A DNA stretch of 64,000 nucleotides. Origin: Diplonema japonicum. Taxonomy: Eukaryota > Protista > Euglenozoa: Diplonemea. Shown here piece by piece: positions 51,625 through 62,141 of the stretch; within the stretch, counting starts at the first letter, position 1; every line of letters starts with the position of its first letter. Location: NCBI GenBank assembly GCA_964019335.1, contig OZ025653.1, forward strand, positions 310,001 to 374,000, written 5' to 3'. The position numbers and the translations under genes were made by a program. The notes under the pieces were generated by a model. The model had not been told where the DNA came from. It was given only the letters and a program-made list of their open reading frames with translations, and ran no database searches.

Positions 51625-54126
51625 TCATCCCCACTCGGGGGGTGCGTATAAGTAAAAGGGTTCCTCGTCACAGGTCCCGTACACCTCGTACACGGGCATG
51701 TCCCGCTCCAGTGCTGTGTTGTCTCCAACACCCCCACCCCCACCGTACTCGCATCCGTAGTACTCGTCCAGTTCTTTCGCCACAACATCCCCGTACACAT
51801 TCCCATAATAGTCGTCCCCACTGCCAATGCTCCCGTAAACCTTCCCGTAATCAGGATAGGCATCAGACAGGCTCTCGCGCAGCAGTGCCCTCTCCAAACG
51901 ATCCTTGGTTGGCAGACTCGGGTCGTCAGCAGCAGAGGTAAGCACCCGTTCCTTGTGTTGTTCCTCGAACTTTCCAACCTTTTCCAGCAATTCACTCATC
52001 GAGGGACGCGACTCCTCAGCCTCGAAGCAGGGCAGTACAAGACCCTGCCACACTTCCTCGGGACACGCATCGGGCTTTGCAAGCCTTCCCCCATCCAGAA
52101 CATGGTCCTTCACACCCTCCATGTTGTGCCCGAGTTCCCCAAATGGTTCTTTCCCCCCGGACCAGATCTCCCACATGAGCACTCCAAAGGCCCAGACATC
52201 GTTTGCAGTGTTTGCCAGTCGGCGATGTGACAGTGTGCCGAGTAACTCTGGGGACGCCCACGCGACGGCCACAGTGCTGCACAGATCCTTCGCCCGGCAC
52301 GCATGTGAGAAGTTCCCCAGCTTCAGACACCCATCAGGAGCGAGGAGCACACTCCTTGCGGCAACATCACAGTGACACTTCTTGTTCACATGTAGATACA
52401 AAAGAGCTCTGCCTGCTTGCGACACAAAGTCAAGAGACCTCAAAAGAGGAGACGGACCTTCCCTTTGTAACATCTTGCGGAGGGACCCCGTGCACAGCTC
52501 TGTTACCAAGCACAAGCTGCCTGTTTCCTCGTCTGACATGTACCCGAAGGCTGTCAGTACAAACGTGCATCTGCATGAGTGCAGCTCTGCTATCTCTTGA
52601 CGCAGTTTCGCACGTTGGTAAATAGCTTCCTTCGTGTCTTTTTCTTTGCTCTGTAATAACTCTTTCACAGCAACGTCTTCCCTGATGGCGCTGTACCGTG
52701 CCTTGTACACAGAACAAGAGCTGCCAGCCCCGATCTCCACCCACGCAATTTTAGTTAGTACGGATTTCGGGATCATACTGTCCGGCAGGTCTGGGCATAC
52801 GTAGGGGTGCAAGAACGCAGCACACCTATAGAGTCTGTCAAGCCTCCTTGAGTCCGGAGGTTCTGCAGCGATGGTGAGGACAGTGGCTTTGTAGGGAGTA
52901 GCACCTGTGAGGGTTACCGCGTTTGGGTCGCACCCCTTGCGGAGGAGCAGACTAAGGAGCGAGATGGGCATGCCAAAGGTCGCCGCATAGTGAAAGAATG
53001 TGTTGTACATTTTGTCGCGGTGCTGAAGCAGCAAAGGGTTAGAACGTGCCCAGCTGTCGACAATGTAGAGAAGTTTCTTCTCACTAAGTCCGTCGAGGGA
53101 GTTGATGGTGTATGAAGCCATGCTGCAGAGGAGCTGCATGATGGTCATGTCTTCATTGTCGCCCGTGACGGTGTGCCCCAGCGAGATGAGAAGGTCGGAG
53201 AAGTCAATGAGAAAGACACCGTGTGCGAAGGACCACCACATGATGCTGTGGTTCAGTACAGGATTGACTCTGTTGGCGTCGGCACCAGCCTCGATGAGGA
53301 TGGTGAAGAGGTAGAAGACCTTGTCCCTGATACGTTCGTTGAGCATGATTTTTGCGTCGCCTGCAATGACGTCGATGAGGCTGTACTTTGTCCTGCGGTT
53401 GACGAACCTTGCATCGCCTCCTGCGGAAAGCAGATATTCAACAACACAGATAAAGGGATCTATGCTCCACCCATTGTCATTGGCTAGCACGATGGCTTGC
53501 ACAGCGAAGCTTAGTGGCGTCGCACAAGACTCGTCAATCACATCATTCGGCAGCATAACCGACGGGATTGCCTCCTTGACACTCGCAAGATCCCCCGCAA
53601 TCAGCACAGGGTATATCATGAAGGTCTCCTTTGCGTCCACGCGAGCGTACTGCGAAGTGTCTTCTGTTGGAATCGATGGGTATTTAGATAGTTCTGCGTT
53701 GATAAATTCCTGGGCCTGTGCCACGAGTTCTTGATTCTGCCGTTGAATCTGTTTTGATAGGTCTGCGGACGTGAGGTGTTCTGTGTTGTTGTGGATCTCG
53801 GCACGGGCGGCTCGCACGTTTTGTTGTATGCGTTTCCTGCGTTCTTTTCTAACGCAGTGTCGTTCTGTTGCCGATTCCGTGCTTGCGATGGAGCTGTCCG
53901 ACGAGACCGAAGGCGACAACGCGCTGACCTTGTAGAAGGCACCTGCATCCGCTATTAGCTGGACCTGCCTTTCCACATCACGCAGTGCTTTCATCGTAGC
54001 ACTCTTAATCTTCTTTTTAATTTTTTTCTGAATGGCTCGTCGCTCTTTTGAACTCTCTGTGCTCCCATCTGTCCACGACGACGACGACGACACCGATACA
54101 GACAGATCGGATGAGGTGTCTGACAT
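51625..54126 (-). CDS. Ankyrin-repeat plus TKL/tyrosine-kinase-like (pseudo)kinase, copy B
   Basis: TPLSFA, LIEAGADAN, LLRKGCDPN. Kinase C-lobe and tail identical to copy A. ATG 54126 (MSDTSS). Confidence 0.88.
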   Translation of the reverse strand: MSDTSSDLSVSVSSSSSWTDGSTESSKERRAIQKKIKKKIKSATMKALRDVERQVQLIADAGAFYKVSALSPSVSSDSSIASTESATERHCVRKERRKRIQQNVRAARAEIHNNTEHLTSADLSKQIQRQNQELVAQAQEFINAELSKYPSIPTEDTSQYARVDAKETFMIYPVLIAGDLASVKEAIPSVMLPNDVIDESCATPLSFAVQAIVLANDNGWSIDPFICVVEYLLSAGGDARFVNRRTKYSLIDVIAGDAKIMLNERIRDKVFYLFTILIEAGADANRVNPVLNHSIMWWSFAHGVFLIDFSDLLISLGHTVTGDNEDMTIMQLLCSMASYTINSLDGLSEKKLLYIVDSWARSNPLLLQHRDKMYNTFFHYAATFGMPISLLSLLLRKGCDPNAVTLTGATPYKATVLTIAAEPPDSRRLDRLYRCAAFLHPYVCPDLPDSMIPKSVLTKIAWVEIGAGSSCSVYKARYSAIREDVAVKELLQSKEKDTKEAIYQRAKLRQEIAELHSCRCTFVLTAFGYMSDEETGSLCLVTELCTGSLRKMLQREGPSPLLRSLDFVSQAGRALLYLHVNKKCHCDVAARSVLLAPDGCLKLGNFSHACRAKDLCSTVAVAWASPELLGTLSHRRLANTANDVWAFGVLMWEIWSGGKEPFGELGHNMEGVKDHVLDGGRLAKPDACPEEVWQGLVLPCFEAEESRPSMSELLEKVGKFEEQHKERVLTSAADDPSLPTKDRLERALLRESLSDAYPDYGKVYGSIGSGDDYYGNVYGDVVAKELDEYYGCEYGGGGGVGDNTALERDMPVYEVYGTCDEEPFYLYAPPEWG

Positions 54127-54243
54127 TTTCTTTTTTTTTTTCCCCCTTTTTAATCTGTTAAAACATCTGGAAGCCAAAACATAGAAAAAAGAGAGAGAAA
54201 AAAAAAAAAAGAAATCTTCTATGAAAGTCTAATCTAAACCGTG

Positions 54244-54855
54244 TCAAAGAAATTCCGACGGGGTTGGTGGGATATCAGGCCATACGGATGTGTTTTTCGG
54301 TGTAGGTATGTTCCGTCCCCTCGGCTTCGCAGGTGTTGGTTCTACAAGTACTGTGTTTGATCGTTTGACCATCATCTGCGTCTTGCAATGCCGCAAGTCT
54401 GCTAATAGCGTACTCACGGGGGTGGCGTTCGTAGATATATCGGCGAAGACTCTGCCCGAAGGGAGGTCTCGAGGAGGCTGAGATGCAACCTTCACCATAT
54501 CATCTAAAGCGCTGAGTTGTGATGTCAATGAAACAGGTGGTGCCTCAATAGTCGGTGCTTCTGGTGGTGCGTTGAACTCATCAAAACCTCTTATGGGTGA
54601 CGCGGCCATTTGAACAGCAGCCTCTAGGGGTTCGATCCTCTCTTCCATTGCTTCGTTAAGCCTCAGCATCTTTCCTCGAACTTCGTCGATTCTTCTTTCA
54701 CACCTCAATATCCCGTTCTTTACCTGTCCTACGCTGTCTTCAATACTCGCTACGTGCTTCAGCACCTGCTGCAATGTTTCCCATAGAACCCCAGCGATGC
54801 CCGATGTCGGCCCTGCTATCTTTAATACCCGCTCTGCTTCCACCAATGCTTCCAT
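54244..54855 (-). CDS. Hypothetical coiled-coil protein
   Basis: GC-rich ORF in the gene-strand orientation; ATG 54855 (MEALVE). Confidence 0.7.
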   Translation of the reverse strand: MEALVEAERVLKIAGPTSGIAGVLWETLQQVLKHVASIEDSVGQVKNGILRCERRIDEVRGKMLRLNEAMEERIEPLEAAVQMAASPIRGFDEFNAPPEAPTIEAPPVSLTSQLSALDDMVKVASQPPRDLPSGRVFADISTNATPVSTLLADLRHCKTQMMVKRSNTVLVEPTPAKPRGRNIPTPKNTSVWPDIPPTPSEFL

Positions 54856-55096
54856 GGTTTTTGTTTGCACTTATTTTTTCTTTTTTTTTGAAGTTGATGT
54901 TTGTCAAAAAAATAAAAAAATACGAATAAAAAAAAAACTATCTGATCGGTGGGAAAAAGGGGGAAAAAAAAAAAAAAGAAATCAGGGACAGGGCAAAAAA
55001 AAAAAAAAAAATGAAAACGGGGCTGTGGTCGGGGGAAAAAAAGGGGGGGGGGTGGGGGAAAGTCACACTAAAAAATCTAAAGGGGGTATTTTTTTC

Positions 55097-55569
55097 TTAC
55101 TGCTGCTGCTGCTGTTGCGCAGCCTTCTGCTGCATGGTCATCGACATGACCTCAAGTTGCTGCCTCTTCACATTCACCGCCTTCTCAATCTCCTGCATCG
55201 TCTTTGTAAGGTTCATCATTTTCCTGTCCATAAAATCCTTCCCTTTTGTAGTACTCATCTTGATATAATACCCAGCACCAACCTGGTTTATGTATTTCTT
55301 TTTTCTTTTTTTTCCTTGCATACCTCTATAATCGCATTTTCTGTGTTTTTCAACTGCCCTGGCACGTACAAGCTCTTTGTCAGGGGCACCAACATCTTTT
55401 CACCCTCCTTGCAACCTTCAAGACCCTCAAGGGTCTGCTTGCTGTCGTGGTACCGCTCTCTACCGGTCCTAAGTGCCTGGAAATGCTGGGTCAGTTGTTT
55501 CACTTCATCCTCCAAAACCTGAGTGTACTGCTTCAACTCCTGCACCGAAAGGTCCCCCACGTTCACCAT
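55097..55569 (-). CDS. PFDN5: Prefoldin subunit 5 (alpha class); intron 55283-55323
   Basis: LSVQEL..MLVPLTKSLYVPGQL..IIE|VGAGYYIK after removing a 41-nt GTATGC..CCAG intron (143 aa). Confidence 0.92.
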
Positions 55570-55687
55570 TGTTTTTTATTTTTTTTTTATTTTTTTTTAT
55601 TTCCTTTTTTTTTTTTTTATACACTACTTCTTTCTCTCGTCAATACGACAAAAAAAAAAAAAGGCTGAACGAAAACGCGAAAAGTAC

Positions 55688-55720
<33 letters not shown>

Positions 55721-55730
55721 ACCCTCTATT

Positions 55731-56279
55731 TCAGAAGGTAACCGTTAACCCTTCAGGGGCTGCGTTTCGAATTGCATTTTGGGCATTGGTTGAGGTGGTG
55801 TTGTGGAATTTTACCGTGGGTGGGGTTTTCGGACCTTCCGTAAGAAATGAAAAAATAGTGCTTAAACCCGTGTACTCATCATCTGGAGAGATGGGGCCCA
55901 GAACGATACTAGCAAGGCTGGGGAGGGACACCTCCAAAGCGGTTAAGAGCTGCGTGTAATGGGAGAGGGACAGCCCGCAGTCGGTTATTACGATTTCAGT
56001 TAGACACGCGGCCTCGTGCAACCGGTTCTGCAGGACAGTGTCGCCGCCGATTCCTGTTACGTTGCGGATGATTAGTTTCTCGCAATGTTCTGCAAAGCCA
56101 CCTGTTTGCACGGCCAGCTTCACCTTTTCCTTGCTTGCTCCGTTGAAACTCAGTTCGGACCAAAACGCCTCCCTCCAATCAGCGCTCACCTCTGCCAGTT
56201 CACAAACATCCTCAGGCGCCACGAACGAGAGCACATTTCTCAATATAGGTATCGTCGCTCTGCTTAACGAATCACCCAT
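55731..56279 (-). CDS. F-box-like protein with degenerate LRR region
   Basis: ILRNVLSFVAPEDVCELAEVSADWRE..W matches the F-box pattern. Confidence 0.7.
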   Translation of the reverse strand: MGDSLSRATIPILRNVLSFVAPEDVCELAEVSADWREAFWSELSFNGASKEKVKLAVQTGGFAEHCEKLIIRNVTGIGGDTVLQNRLHEAACLTEIVITDCGLSLSHYTQLLTALEVSLPSLASIVLGPISPDDEYTGLSTIFSFLTEGPKTPPTVKFHNTTSTNAQNAIRNAAPEGLTVTF

Positions 56280-56325
56280 CGTGTATGAGAACGCCTTTTT
56301 TTTTTTTTTTTTTTTTTAAATTATA

Positions 56326-56968
56326 TCATACCCACCACGGCTTCACCCTAGCAAGACACGATTCTTTCGAGCACACGAGGTGCCAGTCCCCACCGGGTTC
56401 TTCATATAAGGAAAACAGTGACTGAGGAGTTGCGTGTATATTTGAACTCTTGGAAGCATACCCATTCACAGTCATTTGGTTCGAAGCAGCAGAAATGGCA
56501 CTCGTTCGTGGGAGGCAGGTTCTCCTTCATCGCATCCTGTTCCCCGTCTCCCCAGAACTCCCCCCTGTGTATCCGCTCGCCTACGTCGGTGATCTCCATG
56601 CAGTCGGCTTCTTCATTAAACATAACCCTTTGCCTGCGCTTGCCTCCCTTGGTGCCAGCGGTTGGACGGGTGCCTGTGTTGATGTTTTTGTTTTCCATTC
56701 GTAACATACTGCTTATAGACCGAAATGTTGAGGTGGACAGTGCGGTGTCGCTCAAGGTGTCGTCTATCCGAAGTGTGTCTACTTTTCTCTCCTTCTCTCT
56801 CTTGTTGTTGCCTTTCTCCTCTTCTGCCTGTGTCAACATCTCCAATAGCCCGTTCAGCGGCTCCTCAGGCTTCTCCTTCAGCAAATGCCGTGTCATATTC
56901 TCGAACAGTTTGTGGACATTCTTCTCCCGCAAGTATGTTATCGCGCCATCGTCAAGCCGCCGTTCCAT
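56326..56968 (-). CDS. Protein with N-terminal RIIa/Dpy-30-like dimerisation motif and Cys-rich C-terminus; probable intron 56422-56461
   Basis: YLREKNVHKLFENMTRHLLKEKPEEPLNGL. Removing the 40-nt GTATGC..TCAG intron extends the frame to HLVCSKESCLARVKPWWV*. Confidence 0.7.
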
Positions 56969-57125
56969 TTACTGTCTGTGGTGATCTTTTTCTTCTTCTT
57001 TTGTAAAATATTATCTCTGCGTTACTGTGCGGGGGGGGGGGGGGGGGGGGGAGGGAGAACATAAAAAGAATATGGCTTTTGCCTTTTCATTCTTCTTCCT
57101 GCTGTCCCCAGTTCAGTGAGTACTT

Positions 57126-60100
57126 TTAGTCTGTAGAAACAGATGGGAAAATATTTTCTATTGGTACTGCAAAGGTGCTCTTCGGGAAGAGGAACGTCAC
57201 CACAGCATCATCCTTCCTCCAGCATACAACACGGGCTTTCTTCCCGTTCAAAGACTTTCGTTGAAGATTCTGCACGAAGATGACGCACCCTGGGGGCATG
57301 GTGTGCTCTCTGTTCTCACGGTCTGCAGCCTCCTTTTGCTGTCGGTAGTGTGCTTCTCTGAGAGCCTTTGCCCTCCTCCTCCCAAGCACCCCGCGCCATG
57401 TCTTTTGTATCAATGTGACCCCGGTCTTCATTTTCAACTCGTATTCTTTCACCATTGCAGTGTACTCTAGTTCAAGAACCCTCCCGCGTGCTTTGAACCC
57501 CCTAAATGCTTTCTGCATGTTCACCGCTGCCCTTGGCTTGATGATTCCACTCAGTGTTGATCTCATATGTGGCTGAGCTGAGGCTGCCATGAACACTGTA
57601 TTTGATTTTGCCAACGGACGGGAGAACGCGAGGGTATACAGCCCGTCCCCCGTGCCCCTTCCAAGCAACCTCTCTAGAGAGTGACTGCGCCTCGACGGCC
57701 TTGCAGATAGAAGCAGTGGTATCCCTTGCGAATACGGGAATTCCATTTCCTCTGGTTTAATTTGCAGTGTCACACTTTGGAAGCACAGGAACAATCCCGG
57801 TGCGTGTCTGCCGCCTAAAGCGCCCATGAGGCTTATCATCCCACCGCCTGGCACAACGTAAGGAACAGCAGTCCCCAGTAGTATATCCAACCCTGTCATG
57901 ACCTTGTCCTTCGCATGGTTCCTAGTGTACTGTATTGTCATCACGTTCTGTACCTTTGCGCGGGTGTCTTTCAAACCTTTCCTTGTGGCTCTTCCCCTTC
58001 CTGTTTTCTGGATCCGTTTCACTACAATATTCGTCTTGCACGTCATACTGAGCCCCGTTGCGACTAAGGCGACCACTGCAACACAGCTCACACCGTACTC
58101 GTCATCTATCCGCCTAGCCTCCCTCAGTGCTTCAAAGCACGTCCCTTGAGGAAGGGTGTCGTAGCTTGCGTTACGCAGCTCGTGCAGCATCCCAAGTATG
58201 TCATGTTGCCTGTACAACGACAGGCTTCGCATGAAGGCGGGCAATGTGTTCACGAAGCTCCTTTCAACAAGCATGTCCCGAGTGCACATGGAATGGTATT
58301 CAGAGAGGGTGTTCTGTACAACATGTGGGGGAGCAGATGGTACAATGTCAATAGCGTGGGGTACAAGGGGGGTCGTTGCCTTGTTCAGCAGCTTTAGGAG
58401 CGTCACGTAGGGGTACTGCGGCTGAGGTTTTCTCGTCCTGTTGAACCCACAGCACAGCGATCGTAGCCAGATGAAGTACGACACATACGCCTTCAGCTTC
58501 ATTGCTTCCACTTTCTCTGCCTTTGCCAATGCCTTCCTCCCTGCCACTTCCTCCCCTAGACAGTACACTGGCCCCATCATCTCACGTACCTCGTCTATTC
58601 TCCGCATGGCTGCTTTGACCTCTCGCAATCTTTCTTCTTCTCTTTTCCGCTCCACTTCCTTCTCCTCTTCGGTCATTGGGGATCCTGCCTCGTAAAGCTC
58701 CATGTTCCGCCGTTCCTGATCCTCGAGTTTCCATCGCCAGTGTACTATGTGTACTTTTTTGAGTCCTGCTGCCCACAAGATGGACACCTCTGCACGATGC
58801 TGCTTCTCGTCTGCCTTTAAAGACGTCAAGCTCTTCATGAGTGCTAGCACATTGTTGCAGAGGGCCTTCTCAAGCACACTAATCTCTCCACGAGCAGCTT
58901 CCTCGTCATCCGTCACGATCAGTCGTTGCTGCACCTCAGCAATGTAAGTGGTGTTCAGAGACTTCAACAAACTGCTTGTGGGCAACGTGGCGTACAGCAG
59001 CATGCTTTGGGCTTCTGTAACGGTGCGCATCTCTGCTTCTGAGCAACGAAGGGCCTTCTGCTCGCTGAAATGAGCCTCCAGCATCGAGGCCCTACGGTGG
59101 CCAGCTAGGGCAGCATTCTTCATCTCACGGAATAATTTCGCCTCCTCCTGCTGTATTTCAATAAGTCTTACGTGTTCCGCATCTTCTAAGTTGTTCACCT
59201 GCAGCTTCCTCTCCAACTCTCTTTTGTGCAGTGTCTCCATGATCTCCTTCCTCAATCTCTCCTCTTGCCCGAACATTGCTTCAGCTGTCTTCTCTTCCTC
59301 GATATTCCTAAAATTCCTGCGCTGCTGTTCCTTTTTCACGAGAGCAGCCATCCACCCATCCACAACCTTCAGTAGTGCTTTAAAGTGCGCTACCCTCTCA
59401 GACCCCTCCTCCTTGACTACCGCAGCACGCGTTGATGTCTCGTACAGAACGAAGCTCTTCAAACGGCACGCCAGCTGCCTCCCCCTGTCTAGGAGAGCGT
59501 CCTGTCTAATAGAAACCTCGATCGACAACATCAAGATGGATTTGTCCGTCGCCTCTGTGCGCACGATGCCTTCCATCCGCTGTACAGCATTGTCGTGGAT
59601 TCTTTCCCTCTGCTGCGCGTTGAAAGTGCCGTACATCTCAGTCACAACCTTGCGGTATGTTGTGAGAGTCGCTAGTCTGCAAAAGCACTCTTCCTCATGT
59701 ATTCGCTCTAAGGCAGCCAGTGTACACAGGACTGATCGAATGAGGACTTCATCGGCGATCAGTATCGCCTGCCTGGAGAGGGTTTCGTTCACCTTCAGCA
59801 ATGCAAACTGCTCGGCACCTTTCTTTGCGATCCATGCACGTCGTCTCTCCTGTGCTGCGTAGCAGGCCACCGCAGCAGCCATGTGCTCTTCATTCAGTGT
59901 TATGGCCGCTTGGATGGACTCAGCAGCTGTGCTTACCTCCGCGCTGAGCGCACTTCGTTCTGCTCCTTCCGCGCTCCACAGTGACGCAGTCGTCGCCGCT
60001 GTTAGAAATCTAAACTTCGTGTCTGGGATGAGCATGGACCTTCCTCCGATGCCCCCGAGGAAGGCAGGCCCTGTGTATGAAGCGCTACCGCTGGCGGTCA

Positions 60101-60590
60101 TTTTGCGGATCTCGGAGTTTGCTCTCTTTATGAAGTAGCTGTGCCGCATTCTGTTTGTGGCTTCGGAGGTGTTCGTGGGTATGGTTGAGGGAGCTTTCCA
60201 GATCTTTGCGGACTTCGCCAGACAGTTAGCAAGGCACCTGCGTATAGATGCGAGTAACTTCAGGGCTTCGTCGTGGATGAGCCCCCGTGACGACTCCTCC
60301 CGTCGGCAAACCTGCTTGAGCTTTGCCTTGACGGCATTGTTACTCTGCATGTTGTCCCCGCTCGCGGCCGCAGCATCCTCATCCACAATAGCAATGCTCC
60401 GTATTTTTTTCAGGATACATCTGGGCCGCAGCCGCACTGCGTTATGTACTAACACTTCCCACTCCCTGTCCTCTGCCATCATGCATGCTGCCCGTGTCTC
60501 CAACTCATGGCTGTAGACCTTGCGCTTGCAAAGGCTGCTCCCTGGGCTGTAGGCAAAGAGCTCCGCAAGGAGCACATCGTCCACCCTCAT
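57126..60590 (-). CDS. Large coiled-coil protein with IQ calmodulin-binding motifs
   Basis: IQKTGRGRATR, MQKAFRGFKAR and IQKTWRGVLGR. ATG 60590 follows a CAG and a pyrimidine tract. Confidence 0.82.
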   Translation of the reverse strand: MRVDDVLLAELFAYSPGSSLCKRKVYSHELETRAACMMAEDREWEVLVHNAVRLRPRCILKKIRSIAIVDEDAAAASGDNMQSNNAVKAKLKQVCRREESSRGLIHDEALKLLASIRRCLANCLAKSAKIWKAPSTIPTNTSEATNRMRHSYFIKRANSEIRKMTASGSASYTGPAFLGGIGGRSMLIPDTKFRFLTAATTASLWSAEGAERSALSAEVSTAAESIQAAITLNEEHMAAAVACYAAQERRRAWIAKKGAEQFALLKVNETLSRQAILIADEVLIRSVLCTLAALERIHEEECFCRLATLTTYRKVVTEMYGTFNAQQRERIHDNAVQRMEGIVRTEATDKSILMLSIEVSIRQDALLDRGRQLACRLKSFVLYETSTRAAVVKEEGSERVAHFKALLKVVDGWMAALVKKEQQRRNFRNIEEEKTAEAMFGQEERLRKEIMETLHKRELERKLQVNNLEDAEHVRLIEIQQEEAKLFREMKNAALAGHRRASMLEAHFSEQKALRCSEAEMRTVTEAQSMLLYATLPTSSLLKSLNTTYIAEVQQRLIVTDDEEAARGEISVLEKALCNNVLALMKSLTSLKADEKQHRAEVSILWAAGLKKVHIVHWRWKLEDQERRNMELYEAGSPMTEEEKEVERKREEERLREVKAAMRRIDEVREMMGPVYCLGEEVAGRKALAKAEKVEAMKLKAYVSYFIWLRSLCCGFNRTRKPQPQYPYVTLLKLLNKATTPLVPHAIDIVPSAPPHVVQNTLSEYHSMCTRDMLVERSFVNTLPAFMRSLSLYRQHDILGMLHELRNASYDTLPQGTCFEALREARRIDDEYGVSCVAVVALVATGLSMTCKTNIVVKRIQKTGRGRATRKGLKDTRAKVQNVMTIQYTRNHAKDKVMTGLDILLGTAVPYVVPGGGMISLMGALGGRHAPGLFLCFQSVTLQIKPEEMEFPYSQGIPLLLSARPSRRSHSLERLLGRGTGDGLYTLAFSRPLAKSNTVFMAASAQPHMRSTLSGIIKPRAAVNMQKAFRGFKARGRVLELEYTAMVKEYELKMKTGVTLIQKTWRGVLGRRRAKALREAHYRQQKEAADRENREHTMPPGCVIFVQNLQRKSLNGKKARVVCWRKDDAVVTFLFPKSTFAVPIENIFPSVSTD

Positions 60591-60670
60591 CTGTTGAAGT
60601 GGCAAGGGGAAGTAGTGATAAACGGAAAAGGAAAGGGAATACAATGTACAAACGCAAAGAAGAAAGGAAC
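60591..60670 (-). promoter_or_regulatory. Probable trans-splice acceptor (polypyrimidine tract plus AG) in a short intergenic spacer
   Basis: Minus strand reads ttcctttcttctttg..ttccctttccttttcc..cacttcaacAG|ATG, about 155 nt after the upstream stop codon. Confidence 0.55.
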
Positions 60671-60746
60671 AGCTGATGCAATGAAGGTTCATATGGGTGT
60701 AACCGGCTCTTCATACAAGTAGACGTTTTATATTTGTGGCAACCTG

Positions 60747-62141
60747 TCACCACTTAGTGCGGGGTGAAGCTGACGGGAGGTTCGCAGGTGACATAGAACG
60801 ACGTGGGGAGTAGGACCCCTCCTTGACCAGCTCCCATTCGAGGATGCGGCGTGCTGCCTCTTTCGCTTCCCTGGGTGACAGCTGCCCAATTACAGAGAAC
60901 GACGAGGTGCCCGTTGTGCCTGTCTTCTTCGACAGGATAGAGTTCGCCAGACCCACAGCGTCAGACCTCGAGGACACGCCCTTGATAGCGTCGTAGACTG
61001 GTGTTGGGGATGACGTCCTCAGTTGAGAGGCCTGACGTACAGGCTCCTGTCTCGCGTTTCTGGCAGGGCTACTCATCTGCTTCGATAGTTTTGCAGCCTC
61101 TTCTGCTGTGTCCACCAGTTGCTGGAGCTTTACATTGCACCTGGGCACCGTTGAGGGGGACGTGCCACCGCCCCAGTCCACAGCAACATGAGTCGTGCTC
61201 TGGTAGGGCACCACCACAGCAGGGTACCAGCCTGGGCTGTCAGCACCCCATCCTTTCGGGCCAACACCCATCGACGGTTCCCACCAGGCGAGTACCCTGT
61301 CACCAGGCAGGAAGGACGTGGAGTGCAGTGGGGCTGGGCTGTGGCTGCTCCTGGGGTTCTGCACAGAGCGATAGCTCGCGCGGCTATTGAGGTTCGCGGG
61401 CACTTCTGGTTCGGGTGAGATAGCTCTGGGCTGGCTGCCACGACTAAGCTGGCTACGTGGGCTGGCGACGTGCTGCGTGGGTGGCTGCCTGACTTCCATC
61501 AACGCGGCGCGGAGCTGTGCGATCTCGCCTTGCGCCTTGCGCAGCTCAGTGTTCATGCTGATCGAGGATGTCGACGGTGCAACGGATGTACGCTTGCTGG
61601 CTTCAAGTTCTTTTTCAAGTTCCTTGATGCGCGTGAGGTGCTGCGTGCTTGCCTTGCGGTCTTTGGCGGGTTTCTTGGCCGCTTCCACTTCCCGCAACTT
61701 GTCTTCCAAGTCGTATATCCTGCTGCGCAGCTCGGAAGTTGTGTCGCTGTCAGCTGCTGCGTCACTGGCCTTTGCCTCGAGACGATCGTTGTCGCGCTTC
61801 AGTGCTGTCAACCTGCCTGTAAGGTCAGCCACCTCATCGCGTAGCCCGTCGCACTCCTTCTCACGACGCTCGAGGCGCATTGCTAGGTTGGTGTTGTCCA
61901 GCTCGAGTTCTTGGATCTTCTGCTGCTCTGGGGAAATTGTAGGCTGCGCAGGCTCTTCAGCCTCCTCCTCTACCTCTTCCTCAACACCTTGTTGAGTAAC
62001 AGGTGTTGACAAGGGTCCTTCAACAGCCTCTTCAGCAGCATCTGCAACTGAAGCCGTTGGCGTGGCTTCCTGTGCGGGCACCTGCGGTGTGGAAGGCTGC
62101 TCGAGTGGCGCACCATCACCTGCTTCAGAGGTTGCGGACAT
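60747..62141 (-). CDS. Coiled-coil protein with a Tudor/Agenet-like domain
   Basis: Long heptad region; PGDRVLAWW..WYPAVV..VAVDW is Tudor-like. Confidence 0.8.
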   Translation of the reverse strand: MSATSEAGDGAPLEQPSTPQVPAQEATPTASVADAAEEAVEGPLSTPVTQQGVEEEVEEEAEEPAQPTISPEQQKIQELELDNTNLAMRLERREKECDGLRDEVADLTGRLTALKRDNDRLEAKASDAAADSDTTSELRSRIYDLEDKLREVEAAKKPAKDRKASTQHLTRIKELEKELEASKRTSVAPSTSSISMNTELRKAQGEIAQLRAALMEVRQPPTQHVASPRSQLSRGSQPRAISPEPEVPANLNSRASYRSVQNPRSSHSPAPLHSTSFLPGDRVLAWWEPSMGVGPKGWGADSPGWYPAVVVPYQSTTHVAVDWGGGTSPSTVPRCNVKLQQLVDTAEEAAKLSKQMSSPARNARQEPVRQASQLRTSSPTPVYDAIKGVSSRSDAVGLANSILSKKTGTTGTSSFSVIGQLSPREAKEAARRILEWELVKEGSYSPRRSMSPANLPSASPRTKW

